Assembly: GCF_006345805.1 (NCBI RefSeq)
Contig: NW_021831286.1
Span: forward strand, 186,001-250,000
Direction: 5' to 3'
DNA from: Octopus sinensis
Lineage: Eukaryota
Length of the DNA stretch: 64,000 nucleotides
The translations under genes were made by a program, and so were the position numbers. The notes beneath the pieces are model-generated. The model ran no database searches, was not told where the DNA came from, and saw only the letters and a list, made by a program, of their open reading frames with translations. Numbering within the stretch: position 1 is the first letter of the stretch; each line of letters starts with the position of its first letter. Positions 12,287 through 25,381 of this stretch are shown in pieces.

Positions 12287-14096
12287 TCATAGAATCTGAC
12301 TATCCTCTACATTTCCACTTTCACAATCAAAAATCTTGAAGGAATATCCTGAATCACAGAATGAACCCTAAACAAATAAAAAACCCATTATTTACAGGAT
12401 TAATAATGACAGTCTCTCCCTCTTTCTTTAAAGTAAACGACTTGCCTCCATCAGCCAACACCAACACATCAGGGTGAGGATACAAATATAATGAGTTATC
12501 ATAAGTCCAGTAAACAGGAGACATATAACAACTCATTGGACTCAGATGGTACTGAGAAAGCACTGTCTTGCCAACTTTTGAAGCGAATGATCCACCAGTT
12601 CGAGGAGCAATGGAAGCACGTGACATTTTATGCACAATATCAGAACGGGAAACGACAATAGAAAGTCCAAAAAGTGTTATTTTGCACGGATTGGACGTGA
12701 AAAATATCGTTGATGGACTAAGAGACCGCAGCCCGTCTGTTATTTTTGACGGAATGGCCGGTCTATGGTAGAAAGGACACACAACCTTGGAAGAATATCC
12801 CCAAACACGGGATCGGTTGGACCAGGAAGGAATATAAACGTGGAAGAATTCAGAATTCTTCGATGTTTAACCAATAAACTCCCAAAATCATTGAAAAGTT
12901 CTGTAAAAACATAAAATTAGAAGCAAACGTGACAAATCGGGACTGGATCGAGATTTGCTGGTGAAATTTCCACAAAAAACAAAAAGCAGTGGCGGATGGG
13001 ACATAAAACCTTCAAAAAGTTTGTCCAATTTCACAAAAGTCTAAGAAAACATGTTATTCGGAAATAAAACTTGTTTAATGTCCAAATGTACGTTTGAGAG
13101 AAACAAAATATTTCCTTCTCCCCCAGAAGAAGATTCAGGGATCCCCAAATCAGCACACGTCGAGAGAACCTGTCTAAAAATATAAAAATACAAATTCCTT
13201 GACAAATGACGGTTTTCAGAAGGCGGGTAACCTATTTTTGACGGATAAAAAATTTTTTCTTGGCATTTTCCTTCGCCTAGCACAAATGACCCGTCACAGA
13301 AGAAGCCTTCTTGGAATTCCTAAAAAATCAAAAAACCCCAAAAAACAGTTCGTGAAAATCAACAGCAATTTTTCCGGTCAAATCCTCGAGAAACCACTGA
13401 TTCTAAAACACATCAAAACACATTAAAAACCTCACAAAATTGATACAACATCCCAAATACCAACACATTTTTGAGTTCTTCCTGAGCAATCATAGTCTCG
13501 ATGTTGGTTAACTGATATTTAGTGAATTAAAATGACCTTGGACTGTCCCTGGGACTGAAGTAGCGGATTCCTGAGGAGACACTACCAGGTTAACCAAACT
13601 ATAAATACGCGGTAAATCAAGTTGTATCTTGAACGGAAAAAATTTATTTTATCTTTAGCGTCTGCTACAAGGCGGGAATGTGAATTAGAACTATCGGTGA
13701 TTACTTGAGTAGTACAGGCGGTAACGGTTAGTTGAATCTTGTATGACCAGTCGGGGCATTTCAAAAGCGTCCGACACGGATAAACGGGGATTTCCGGGCT
13801 GGTTTTGGGTGAGAAGAGGACAGTCTTTGAGAATTCGAGCACAGGCAGCGACGTCGACGAATTGTTTAGTCACTTAGTTTGTTATTTTCGAAATTTAAAT
13901 ATATTTTTTAAAGTAATTTTACAATTGTATTTTTGAAGACTTTGGAATATATATTCAATTATTTCTTCCCGTTTGACGGTAGGAATTCCAGCCAACTCGT
14001 TGTTTATATAATCACATGCTTCACTGTATTCATATATATATTAATTTACTTATTAATTGCAAATCCATATAACTTAAATTTAGAAGAAAGGGACAT
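12287..14096 (-). CDS. POLE2: DNA polymerase epsilon subunit B
   Basis: Spliced exons: MSLSSKFKLYGF.., DAFEMPRL, FFRSRYNLIYR, FLEDLTGKI, FLSNVHLD, FIFLPGPTDP..ILPRPAIP, FTSNPCKI, SQYHLSP...PVYWTYDNSLYLYPHPDVLVLAD, INPGSF..SFKIF. Confidence 0.93.
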
Positions 14097-14351
14097 GCAA
14101 CAAAACAAAATATTTATTACAAATATTATATAAATAATAATATTAAAATAATAAATATAGTTCCTTCAATCGAAAAATTTTTCTGATACATTTACATATT
14201 TACGCCGAAAAAGTACCGACCGATAATCTGAACCTTCTCGACTTATATTTAAAACATCCATAGTTGAATCTGCAAGTGGGAACTACAAGATTGTGTAAAC
14301 GGGTGTATTTTCCACCAAGGATTTTGTTTAAATCTTCTATACAGTCAAAGC

Positions 14352-17016
14352 CAGGGGTGGCTAACCGGTCGATCGCGGCATGTTTCGTGGTCGATCGCTC
14401 GATATATAAATTGCTAATTATTTTTTTTGTATTTAAATTATTATAAAAAAAATATTTATCAATATTAAAGTAAGTATTTTTCACGTGTCTTGTTATGAGG
14501 TGTAACAAAAAGTCCAAATCATATAAATTTAATGCCAAATGGGAAAAAACTATATTTTTACGATGCACATGGAAAATGCACATGTATGCTATGCAATAAA
14601 ATCATTTCATTACCAAAAAGGGGAAATCTTTGTCGGCATTTTAATTCTTTACATCCCGAGTTCAACAAACACTTTCCTTTAAATTCCTTATTACGGGAAG
14701 AGAAAGTTGAACAATTAAAAAAATCTTTTTTTCACAACATACAATTTTGAAAAAGTTTATTAATTCGTCCATATCTGCAACAATTGCATCATTGCGAGTG
14801 ACTCGTCTCCTCGTAAAACATAAAAAACCTTTCACTGATGGGGAAATTTTAAAATCTTGTTTTTTGGAAGCTGCCGATTCACTATTTGATGGTATGAAAA
14901 ATAAACAGGAAATTTCAAATTGCATCAAAGAGCTTCAGCTCTCAAAACAGTCAATTGTCAGAAGGGCTGAAAGCATTTCTGAAAATCTTCTTTCTTTCGC
15001 AGTTAAAAAAGGATCTTTACGCATGTTCGTGTTTTCTCAATTTAGAATTACAGGGAAAGAATAGATATATTATCGATATGATCAGTTCAATAAATGCTTT
15101 CATAATGAAGTTGGAATTATGGATATCTCAAATCAGAAAAGAAAATTTACCCATTTTCCTAACATTGAAGATGAATTCACAAAACAACTTGTGAATAAAA
15201 ATCATTATGTCAATGAATTTGCTATGGTACTAGAAAAATAATGAACGAGTTTAATAACAGATTTAGCGATTTCAAGAAAATTACTATATTACAGTACCGT
15301 CATTGTTTTAGACATTCTGAAAAAATCCCAGTGTTTGATTTTTCTAAAGAAAAATCTTATTAAAAAAATGCTTTTCATTAAGCATTATCCATTTTTTTTA
15401 GTTATTTATTTTTCCCAATCTCATCGTCACTGTATTTTCGACATCTTGATCTTTTTATAGATTTTGTCGAAACTGGCCCAGTCATATGTTTTAGACATTT
15501 ACGATGCACATCCATAATCTGGAATTTTTAAAAGTTAAAACTTTTTTTTAATTAAAACACAAGTTAGTATTTAGTTACATCTCCTTTTTTCGATATTACA
15601 TCATCATGTATTCTATTTGGGATCGACAATACAAGTTTTGAATATAATCATCTCCCATCTTGTTCCATTCATCTTTTGCCATCTCCCATAGTTGCTTAAC
15701 GTTCTGAGGGTTTCTATTCTGATTTTGCTCTTTAAATAATGCCAGCAATTTTCTATTATGCTAAGATCTGGCGATTGTGCAGGCCAATTGTTTAAAATAT
15801 TCACTCTTTTTCAAGCAATAATTTTTGTAGACCGTGAAGTATGACATGATGCACCATCTTGTTGGAAAATAAAGTTATCATCATATATCTCAGAAAGCCC
15901 TTGTTCCAAGATTCGTTGATATTCTACGGAATCTACATTTCCTTCGCACAATATCAAGGCACTTTTCCATCATTCGCTGTTTTTTTGGGAAAAACGTCGA
16001 GACTCACGTACAAGATTCCTTTGAGCACGTGCCGAAAGAATACAATTTCTTCCAGATTTTGGTCTGTCGTAAAACCCATTTCCATCCAAATACCGTTGGT
16101 AAGGTGATTTACGGCGCATCTGGATATTCCAAGTAAAATCGATATTTCCTGTACGGTATGACCATTTTCTCGCATAAAAACAATTCTATGACGCTGTTCA
16201 ACAGAAAGTCGTGGCATACTGCTTTCAAATTAATTTAAAACACGTTTCCGATACGAAAATAGAAAAAAAGTATAAATTTTATTGAAATATAATGAATTTA
16301 AATAAAATGTCTAAAACATATGACTGGGCCAATTTCGACAAAATCCTTAAACATATGAAGAAGTCGAAGATAAAGCGAAGATAAGATTGAAAATGATAAA
16401 TATATAATAATATAGATAATACTTACTAAAAAACTTTTATTTTATTGGATTTTTCTTTAGAAAAATCAAACACTGGGATTTTTTCAGAATGTCTAAAACA
16501 TATGACCGGTACTGTATGCAGTTTCTTTGTTTCTCCGTTCATGGATGTAGACATCGAAAATATTTCAGAAGAATTTAGCAAGATTTTTGACGTTGATCGA
16601 AGAAAAAGTCAAATAGAATTATAAATCTAAAAAATGACATCACTTTAAAATTACATTCAAATGTCAACATGTGGAATTTATGTCTCAGAAAAATATCCAA
16701 TTTTGATTGATTCGTATCAACGAATTCTTTCATGCTTTAGAAGCACATATTTATCCGAAACATCATTTTCAAGTATGAAAATGATAAAATCTCAATACAG
16801 GACACGTTTAACGGATGACCATCCTTGGGGATTGCATGAGAATAGCAATAAGCTTATACGAGCCAGAATTTGAAATAATCGCAAGTGAATTACAATGCCA
16901 AAATCGCATTAATTTTTAATTGTAAAATAAAATTTTGATATTAAAATATATAGTCGATCTCCAAAAAATCGCAAAATGAAAAGTAGCTCGCCGGTGAAAA
17001 AGGTTGGCCACCCCTG
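14352..17016 (+). mobile_element. hAT transposon (SPIN/GTF2IRD2-like), defective
   Basis: TIR CAGGGGTGGCTAACC / GGTTGGCCACCCCTG (14/15 match); 8-bp TSD GTCAAAGC at 14344-14351 and 17017-17024; BED finger CMLC..RHFNSLH; HKKPFTDGEILKSC; C-terminal STYLSETSFSSMKMIKSQYRTRL. Confidence 0.95.
15292..16514 (-). mobile_element. Tc1-like IR/DR transposon nested in the hAT, internally deleted
   Basis: TA TSDs at 15290-91 and 16515-16; long imperfect inverted repeats with inner repeats (~15465-15500 / ~16306-16345); MPRLSVEQRHRIVFMRENG (HTH) and WPAQSPDLSIIENCW. Confidence 0.93.
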
Positions 17017-17879
17017 GTCAAAGCCATTTAAATCGACTTCTCGGTATACCGGAATTCCCTTAAAACTGGACTCAATTTCTGGTTTCGATTCACATCATAG
17101 GCCATTACTGATATTTCATTTTTGATATACCGGATTTCCTTTATTTCAAATATCGGCCGTATTTTTTAGTCCCAACTTGAATTTCCTTTCATCATAAAGC
17201 GGCCTTCTGACATCAATCATTGATCTAATTCTATTAATCGTCTTTAACATTGAATTGAAAACAAAGATAGAAATTACTTGAAAAACTTTTCTTTGTTAAA
17301 TGCTATTCGATGAATTAATACAGCTTGAATAGACGTGAAATCAATCACAATCGACCTCAGTTTTAATAAGTGGGATTCCAGTCAAAATATATGATTTGAA
17401 CGACAATCTTGAAAACAATTTACTTCTAGTAAATAGACTAGTCAATAATTCAATAATAGGAGAAGAATTTCTCAACTTGAAATTGGAACTACCTACTGAA
17501 AATCCAAAAGACTGGAATCATCTCTAGTTGAAATACCAAACAGTTGCAGCTTCAGAAGATAATGATAGTGACTCAGATTTTGATAAGAAAACAGAGCAAA
17601 AACATATAGAAAATTAACACAAATGTTTAACAAGTGATAAACAAAATCTGCTATTTTGCTCAGACCCTGCATTACTGGATCCCGTCAACAGCGATTGCAG
17701 AATCGAATTTATATAAGAGGCAATCTCAACTTAGACTTATTGACATATTTTTATTAATCTTACTGTTTCACTTTTACGTAAATTTAACGAATTTCCATTG
17801 TCTGTTATGCAACGTGCTACTATCTCGATGTGTGCTCTACCTGGACAACAAGAAACTAACAATATTATTAATAATAATA

Positions 17880-20800
17880 TACCTAGAGCAGGATGGACAA
17901 CCGCATCGGAGAGACAGACGTCCGATGGCAAGAACATCGTCTTTGCCATTGCAGAAGGGATCGAGTGCACGACCCGGAGGACTGGGTTAAATCCGCCCTT
18001 TCCCAAGTGTTGGGAAGAGCTTCCAGGATGCCCAGAAATGGGTGGCCTACCCTGCTTCAGTGTTTCAATCGACGCTTTAGCTCGAACCTATCGTTAGATG
18101 CACTGAAGAAGCTGGCCAAGACCCCTCCTCCTGGCTCGCGGGGGAGGACTGCCGCCGCTGCGGTTACGCCGTCAGGATGCCCCCCGTGTTCTGAACAACA
18201 CGAGCACCAGAGTAGTGAGTTATCGCTACTCTTGCAGGTTAAGGAGATATTTAGTAGGCATATCTCTGCGAATCGTGTTGTCCCCCTTGCGGACCGCAGA
18301 GTGACCCGAAAGATACCTCGGTGGCAACTCAGAAGTGACGTGATGGGTTGCATCAATCGTGCCATAGCTTACGCGATCGTGCGTGAGCCTCCGGAGACAA
18401 TGGACGAGTTTCTCTCTATTTGTACTCGGCACAGACAACCTATGATGAAATCACTCAGAGGCCTGCCCCAAAGAGTAGATGGAGAGAAAACATTGCCGCA
18501 AAAGTAGCCGCAAGGAAAGCCGAGCTGGAAGCGCTGACTGGGCACATTTTGAATGTGAGCAATGGGGTCAAGGGCAAGACTCCCCCCTTGGTGCGTACTT
18601 TACTTCGTCGGGAACGAGCTGCCAAATGGGACCTCAACGAGTTGAGGCGTGTCCGGGCAGAGAGAGGAGCTGATTCTCGTTTATCAGAAGAAGCTCTCAA
18701 CTCATGAGTCTCGGTGTCAGCGCAGGCGGGAGAACAACCTGTTTGAATTTAATCGCAGGTCGTTCTATCGTCGTCGGTTGCACGGAGAGACGAAGGAGGG
18801 TACCCAGCAAAAGGCCGAAATGCTTGACACATGGGGGAGTATGTGGAAAGCACGTCCTCGCAAGGGTGTGTCGTTTCCGTTTTGTGGACCCGATGCTCCC
18901 TTGATGACCGAGTCTTGTGGTGTCCCTGACATCCGCAAGAAGTTCGATGAAGCAGTAACCCGTCTCTCTGACTGGAAGACACCTGGGGTCGATAAAGTGT
19001 ATAATTTCTTTATTAAAATTGCAAACCTATCCATGATTGCATGTGTCGAGCAATCGAACAGTTTACACTAGACCCTGGCTCGATTCCAGAGTGGTTATGT
19101 ACTGGGGTCACTTATTTGATCCCTAAAGTAGATAACCCTTCCGCTCCGACAGATTATCGTCCGATAACCTGTATGCCCAACCTGTACAAGTTGATGACTA
19201 AGGTGGTGGCTACTGAGGTCAGAAATTTCGTGGAGGTGAATGGGATTCTGTCCGAGAACCAGTTAGGTACTCGGCGGGATTGCCAGGGAGCTAAGGAGCA
19301 GGCACTGATCAACAAATGCCTCGCGAGAGCCCACGGAAACTCACTAGTGTCAATGTGGGTGGATGTGAAGAAGGCATATGACTCGGTTGATCATGCCTAC
19401 CTCGTTGAGTGTCTGCGAAGGCTTAAGTTGCCAATGTGGTTTATCAAATTTGTTGCAACTGTGATGGACAGGTGGAACGTCCATCTAAATTACAACAAAT
19501 GCGATATAGGCGAGGTGAAACTAGAGAGGGGCATATTACAGGGCGACAGCATGTCTCCGCTGCTGTTCGTCCTCTGCCTAGAACCGCTGAGTAGAGTCCT
19601 CACTGCCCAATTCGAACAAATGTCGATCGAACATGAAGGAGGGTGTTTTAGCACCAACCATCTCATGTTCATAGACGACATTAAGCTGTTCGCTCGTCGT
19701 CTTCAGAGATCCTTCACTCAATGGGTAAAGTCCTGAAAGGTTTCATGAAGGCCGTGGGGTTGGAGCTCAACTACGACAAGTCGGCGACTAACACCCCTGT
19801 GTGTGGTGACCTAGTCAAAGTCTTGGAGGAACACCAAGGATATAAGTATCTTGGTGTGGTTGAGAGTCCAGCCTCATTAATCACACCCGAAACGAGAAAG
19901 TGTGTAGTGGAGGGTGTGCGTAGTAGGGCGGCAATGTTATGTAAGACTCGGCTCAATGCACGGAACTTATTTCATGCCTTGAACGAGTATGCCATCTCAT
20001 TGCTAAACTACTACGTTGGCCTGATCGAATTCGAGCCGAGTGAGTACGATGAAATGGACCTTATTGTCCGAAGAGTACTCCGAGAGAATCATGTCCACGT
20101 GTTGGCAAGCAATAAGAGAGATTGTACTTGTCTCGCGGGCAGCTAGGACGTGGACTGAGTAACATCGTACCTTAAGTGAGCGAATTCTTACTAAGATGCA
20201 CGACACCTTGTGGAGTGGGTCGAGTGTATCCCAAAGGAAGGCTGCCATCCTTGCTGCTGAAAAAGCGCGTGGTACACACCTAGGGACCATAAAAGGCTAT
20301 GTGTCGGCTAAGTATGGTCTAGGTGCTACCCAAGTTAATGTGAAGGAGTTGATCAAACTTCAAAAGGAGTCTTTAATTAAAAAGATCAACTTAAAAGTCC
20401 TTCACAAGACTCTCTTTAGCAGCCTGGACAACCCGCACATTGACGTATCGTCGTCATCTACGTGGCTGAAATATGGGAATAACTCTCCCCGATCAGAAGG
20501 GTTGTTCTCATATTTGCAGGATAGAAACTTTTTAATGGTCAACGGAAACAGTGTAACCACTGTAAGAGTAAGGCAATGACCGTTGACCATTTAGCCACGA
20601 AGTGCGGGAGTATGCTTTACCATGATTACACATGAGGCATAACGAGGTGGTGAGGTCCCTCCATCTTTTGCTCTGCAATAAGTACGGCTTGAGGCGGTCC
20701 AGAAAGTTGCGAACCCATCGAGTTCAATCGGTGTGTGAGAACTCGCGGGTGTGCATTAAGGTGGATACCCCCATACGCACCTCGATTGTTGTCCAGCACA

Positions 20801-21300
20801 ACAGACCCGACATTGTGGTCCACGATAAGGTCACCGGGGAGATTGTTATCGTGGAGGTGGGCATCACGTGCCTAGACCGTTTGCAGATAGTGGAAGTGGA
20901 GAAAAGGAGGAAGTATGACCTCCTTGCAAACGAGCTAGGACTGATGCACCAGTCCATCCCATGTCATCCCGTGTGTGATGACATGGGATGGACTGGTCAC
21001 CAAATACCACAAGCGGTACTTAAGACGTTGGATGTAGATAAGTCTCTACAGGCTTATATACAGTCAACTGTTCTTAAGAGGACTCTGGAGAGTGTCTCGT
21101 TTGATGCTCGCCGATCCAGCCCTTTCCTGACGTTTAGTCAGCAAGAGGCGCTGGACTGCACCTTCTCGAAGGTCTACAGTGCCAGAGAAGAGGAGGAAGA
21201 AGGGGAGGAGGTGCGTGGAGTGCCGCCTTCTGCTCACTTCGAAGGCTCTGGACTTAGTTAGTAAAATTACTTAGTTAATTAGTTTCTTTCTTAATAAAAA
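17880..21300 (+). mobile_element. Near full-length R4/Dong-like non-LTR retrotransposon (RT plus zinc knuckle plus RLE), frameshifted
   Basis: RRRENNLFEFNRRSFYRR; TYLIPK..DYRPITC; ENQLG; DVKKAYDSVDH; RGILQGDSMSPLLF; NHLMFIDDIKLF; YKYLG; HNRPDIVVHDK..IVEVGIT..EKRRKYDLLA; the 5' boundary is approximate. Confidence 0.9.
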
Positions 21301-21846
21301 ACGAATTTCCAATACACCGGCCTCTCTCTATGCGAAAAATTCTGTCGATTTCGGGGAAAAATTTTTTAGCGAATTTTGAGTGTATTTAGAAATGGGACCA
21401 AATAATAAATTTTCTTAATTCTCCAACTTTTGAAAAGTGTTTCACATTAGATTCTTTCTACTAAGAAGATTCTTCTTACTAAGAAACTGGTATGTTTGGT
21501 TACATCGTTTTGACTGTATTTAAAAGTGGGAACAAATGATAAAGCTTTTTAATTCTCCATTTTAGATTCTTCCTACTAAAAAACTGGCTATCTATTCTCG
21601 AGCTAGCCTATATATTGAGGAGAATTCGGTGATATAAAACAACCAATCTACTATTCCGAATGAATGAAAGCATGCCCAAAACACATTCTGAACATTTAAT
21701 ATGCAGTTTGGACCAAGAATCAGTGAAATCTGTCCCTGACCTACCTGTTCGGACAAACACCAATGTCGCTAGGCCATATCACACCAATCCACCTATCAAA
21801 GTGGTAGAATTACTGAGTAAATAAATTTATTATAATAAATGAGTAG

Positions 21847-23420
21847 TCATTGAAGAGAGACTATACGCAGAAAGGCAAATCCGACAAGATTTCCCTCATT
21901 CTGAACATGTGTTTTACTTGATTCTAATCCAGCATGGTTCTATAATAAGAATGCCCGACATACCAAAGGAAAAGTGATTTGCTGCCCTGGAATACAAGAC
22001 TCTATCAACTTTTCAAGATTAGCAGCCACTAAAAATGAGAACAGATGGGGACACCTACAACCATATCTCTACTCTCAATCAATCGGGACTCGACCAACTC
22101 TCTGGCCACTCCATCCGAAGTTTCCTTTCCTGGACGAAATTCAAATCGAATGTCCCTCAACTCAAAGTCCTCATTCCTACCACATCACTCATTCTACTCA
22201 ACCGAATACGGAGAATAAAGTTAATGACTGATGGAACACCCACTAATGGAGAATTGGATGAAATAGTCGACTCACACACCTCAGCCCCATCTGAAAAAGT
22301 CCATGTAGCCTCGTTTTCTTGATTTGTGGGGAATTTGGAATCAGAGGACTTAAATAGTGAGAAAAAGAGTACTTTGAAAGTAAGCGAAAGTGGACAATCC
22401 AACTCAAATGACTTGAAAATATGTGCCTTATCTCTGGCCTTCTTTAGTAGCTCATGTTTGAGGAGATTCTTGGCAGATAATCTAAAATGTAAAATCATGG
22501 TACCTCTTGGAATGATCCTTCTGAAGACAATCCCCAATAAATTTTCTAAACACCTTGGAGTAACATTTGAAACGGTCGGGAAAGTCGACACATGTCTCGA
22601 GAGTGGGCGGATCATTCCGTAAAGTGAGCATCAACACCTTCAATGGCGGAAATTTGTGGTAGGGGGCAACTCCTGTGGCCATTTCAATTGTGGTGATCCC
22701 CAAACTCCAAATATCGACTTTCTCGTTGTATCCGTCGGATTGTTGCATAATTTCTGGAGCCATCCAACACGGAGTCCCCACAAAGGTATGTCTAGACTGA
22801 TCTCGGTTGTCAAAATTGTTGTTAACAATGGCAGTGACCCCAAAATCGGCCAAAATGACCGATCCATCTGCCCCTAGGAGAATATTCGCTGCCTTAATGT
22901 CCCTAAAAATAAGAAAAAACAAAAACCTATGAATTTCGTGGGAGTTGTGTATATATTCGACTCCCTTCAGCACTTCACGAAGCACAGTTGCGATTGTGAT
23001 TTCATCCAAAATTCCACTTTGAGTGTACTTGCCAGATTTTATTCTCATTTTTATGTGATCAAGCAGTGAGCCTCTGTCACACAACTGCATGACAATCCAC
23101 AATTCTTCCTCCACAACAAACGATGTGTAGTATTTGACTACATTTTCATGATTGCAGTTTAACATGGATTCTATTTCTTTCTGTCAATTTATTTATGGTT
23201 TGATTACATGTAGTTTCTCAACTGATATGTTGTGGACTGATAAGTTGAGTTTCTTTATGGCACATCCACATTTATTTGACACGGAAATACCCCTGTGGAC
23301 CACTGCGGTCGCTCCATTTCCTTTCCGATCAAATAAATATTTAATACCTATTATTTCCCCTATTTGATAACCTTCTTTGGTTATCGGCCACTGGGTTGCA
23401 TTTGATAGGTTAGATATCAT
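21847..23420 (-). CDS. OXSR1: STE20-family kinase OSR1/SPAK (Fray) with C-terminal CCT domain
   Basis: [74 protein letters not shown]; CCT domain [39 protein letters not shown]. Confidence 0.93.
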
Positions 23421-23457
23421 ACCACTAAACACGTAAACTTTTATTTGAAAAATAATA

Positions 23458-25309
23458 TAGGGTTTCTCGATCTATTACAGATTTTTCACAATCAAAATCA
23501 AAAATATAAAAAGAACTTTTATTTATTTATTGTTTCTCTTTTCTCATACATACAAATGTAACCAAGCATTTTCCTATATAAAGAATTTTTTTATTTTGAG
23601 TTTCAGCTTTTATAACTAAATTTTTCCAGCAAATAATGATGTAGATTCAATGTTTTTCATTTTACAATAATTTATTAAATCTCGCTTTAAATTCTCACCA
23701 TTAAGATAATGATCATTTACATATTTATTTAAAACTGGCAAAAAAGAAACGTTGAGACTTCTTCCAGTCGCTACCTTAACATAAGGTCAAATCCCTTTTT
23801 AAATTGACCTTTTTTGGTTTACTTACCACAGCAAAACTAGCTTTATTAATAAAAATACAATTTGAATTTTCAAATTTTGTTTCTTGTGATCGAAACTTAC
23901 TCCAATCTTAAATTTTTAACATCATTTCTTTTTTCTGGCTATTTCATTGTATAATGAAAATTATTAAAATCCGTTCGATAATGCTTCTCATATTGAAATT
24001 TTATACTTTTTTATATTCTTTTAATTAATGAATGTCCTTTTAATATAAATGTGAACTAAGGCTAAATGGCAAGTACATTCGGGGATAGTTTTTCCCCCAT
24101 GCTATTTGTCTTTGTTTCTTCCCGAAGGTCTCTATGGGCAAGGAAATCTGGGCACGTTATTTTTGACAAATCACTTTCTCTTCTTCGATGACTTGAAACT
24201 TATCTCGAAAAGTGAGGATGTAATTGTTTGAATGATGAAAGAAGTCAATCGAAGTGGTGTCTGCAAAAGAAGCTTTTTAATTCTTGAGATCGAAAAGCTG
24301 AAAAAAACTCATCTGGCCATTATTGAAGAATACTTGAAGCATAAATATCTACTTGAAGAATCAGTTTTACTTAACTAAAAACTGAACAAGTACCTACTGG
24401 ACCAGATTTTTTTAATGTCTTCATTACATCCTATACAAAAGTGCTACGGAGGATTTTATGAATAACAAAACTCTAGTCACTGGCTGGCAAAAGGCAATAA
24501 TTTCTCACGGTCTGAATAGAAATCTATTCTTTTCAGAACATTACTCAATGTGGGGATTATGTGGATGAAATTGGATGAAATAGTCGATTACGTTACATGG
24601 GGATTATGTCAGGAGGCATGATGAAGTAGTGAGATGCATCTACTTTCATTTTTGTCGAGAATTTAGACTCAAGAATGATAAAAAACTCGAAACAAATTCG
24701 GTAGAATCTGTATCGGCGAATGGAAGGTTGAAATCAGGAACATAATAAACCCGATTTGTTTGTTTTCGACAAGATAAAGAATCAAATTTTGTTGATCGAA
24801 GTTGGAATAACATCTTTCCAAAACTTAAAGTAAGTGTAAAATATGACCTCATATCCAAAAAGCTGGAATTAATCTATCATGCGAAAGTGAAAATAGTGCC
24901 TATTGTATTAACATAAGATGGACTGGTTACTCAAAAATTCCTAAAATATGCACGTTCGCTTAACATCAGTGAAGGAACGCACGCAATCATTCAATCACTC
25001 ACTATTAAGAAAACCCTTAAGAGCATAATTGTTTCTTATATAAACAAAGTTGAAAGAACGCTTGAACTTGGAAAAAGAATAAACGAGATTTATCACCAAA
25101 TAAGTGTATCTACAACATCGCCAGGACCTATCGTACCTCGAAGGGAAAGAGACGGGCTTGGCTAACTGAATCACTTTAAGAATGTAGAAACCAAAAGGAC
25201 AAATTTAATTAATATCTGAATAATTTGATTGCAGTTTTTTACAATAGAGTGAATTTTAACTTTTCTAATTTTGACTGCAAAAAATTTAAAAATACATCGA
25301 GAAACCCTA
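23458..25309. mobile_element. Non-autonomous DNA transposon with TAGGG termini and 5-bp TSD (hAT-like)
   Basis: 14-bp perfect inverted termini TAGGGTTTCTCGAT / ATCGAGAAACCCTA; TAATA directly flanks both ends (23453-57, 25310-14). Confidence 0.75.
24070..25170 (+). pseudogene. Scattered R4-like RT/RLE fragments inside the TAGGG element
   Basis: GDSFSPMLFVF, TNHFLFFDDLKL, TWLAKGNN, and KYDLISKKLELIY..IVPIVLT*DGLVT..IQSLTIKKTL, paralogous to the 19041-21261 frames. Confidence 0.75.
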
Positions 25310-25381
25310 TAATATTAAATTCCTAAATAGTTTTTAGTCAATTAAACATATCAGTTTATAAGGAAAGACCCAACAAAAATA

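Noticed and set aside
17634-22877. Many overlapping or antisense ORFs in the track
   Set aside because: Shadow ORFs of GC-rich retroelements or of real genes on the opposite strand
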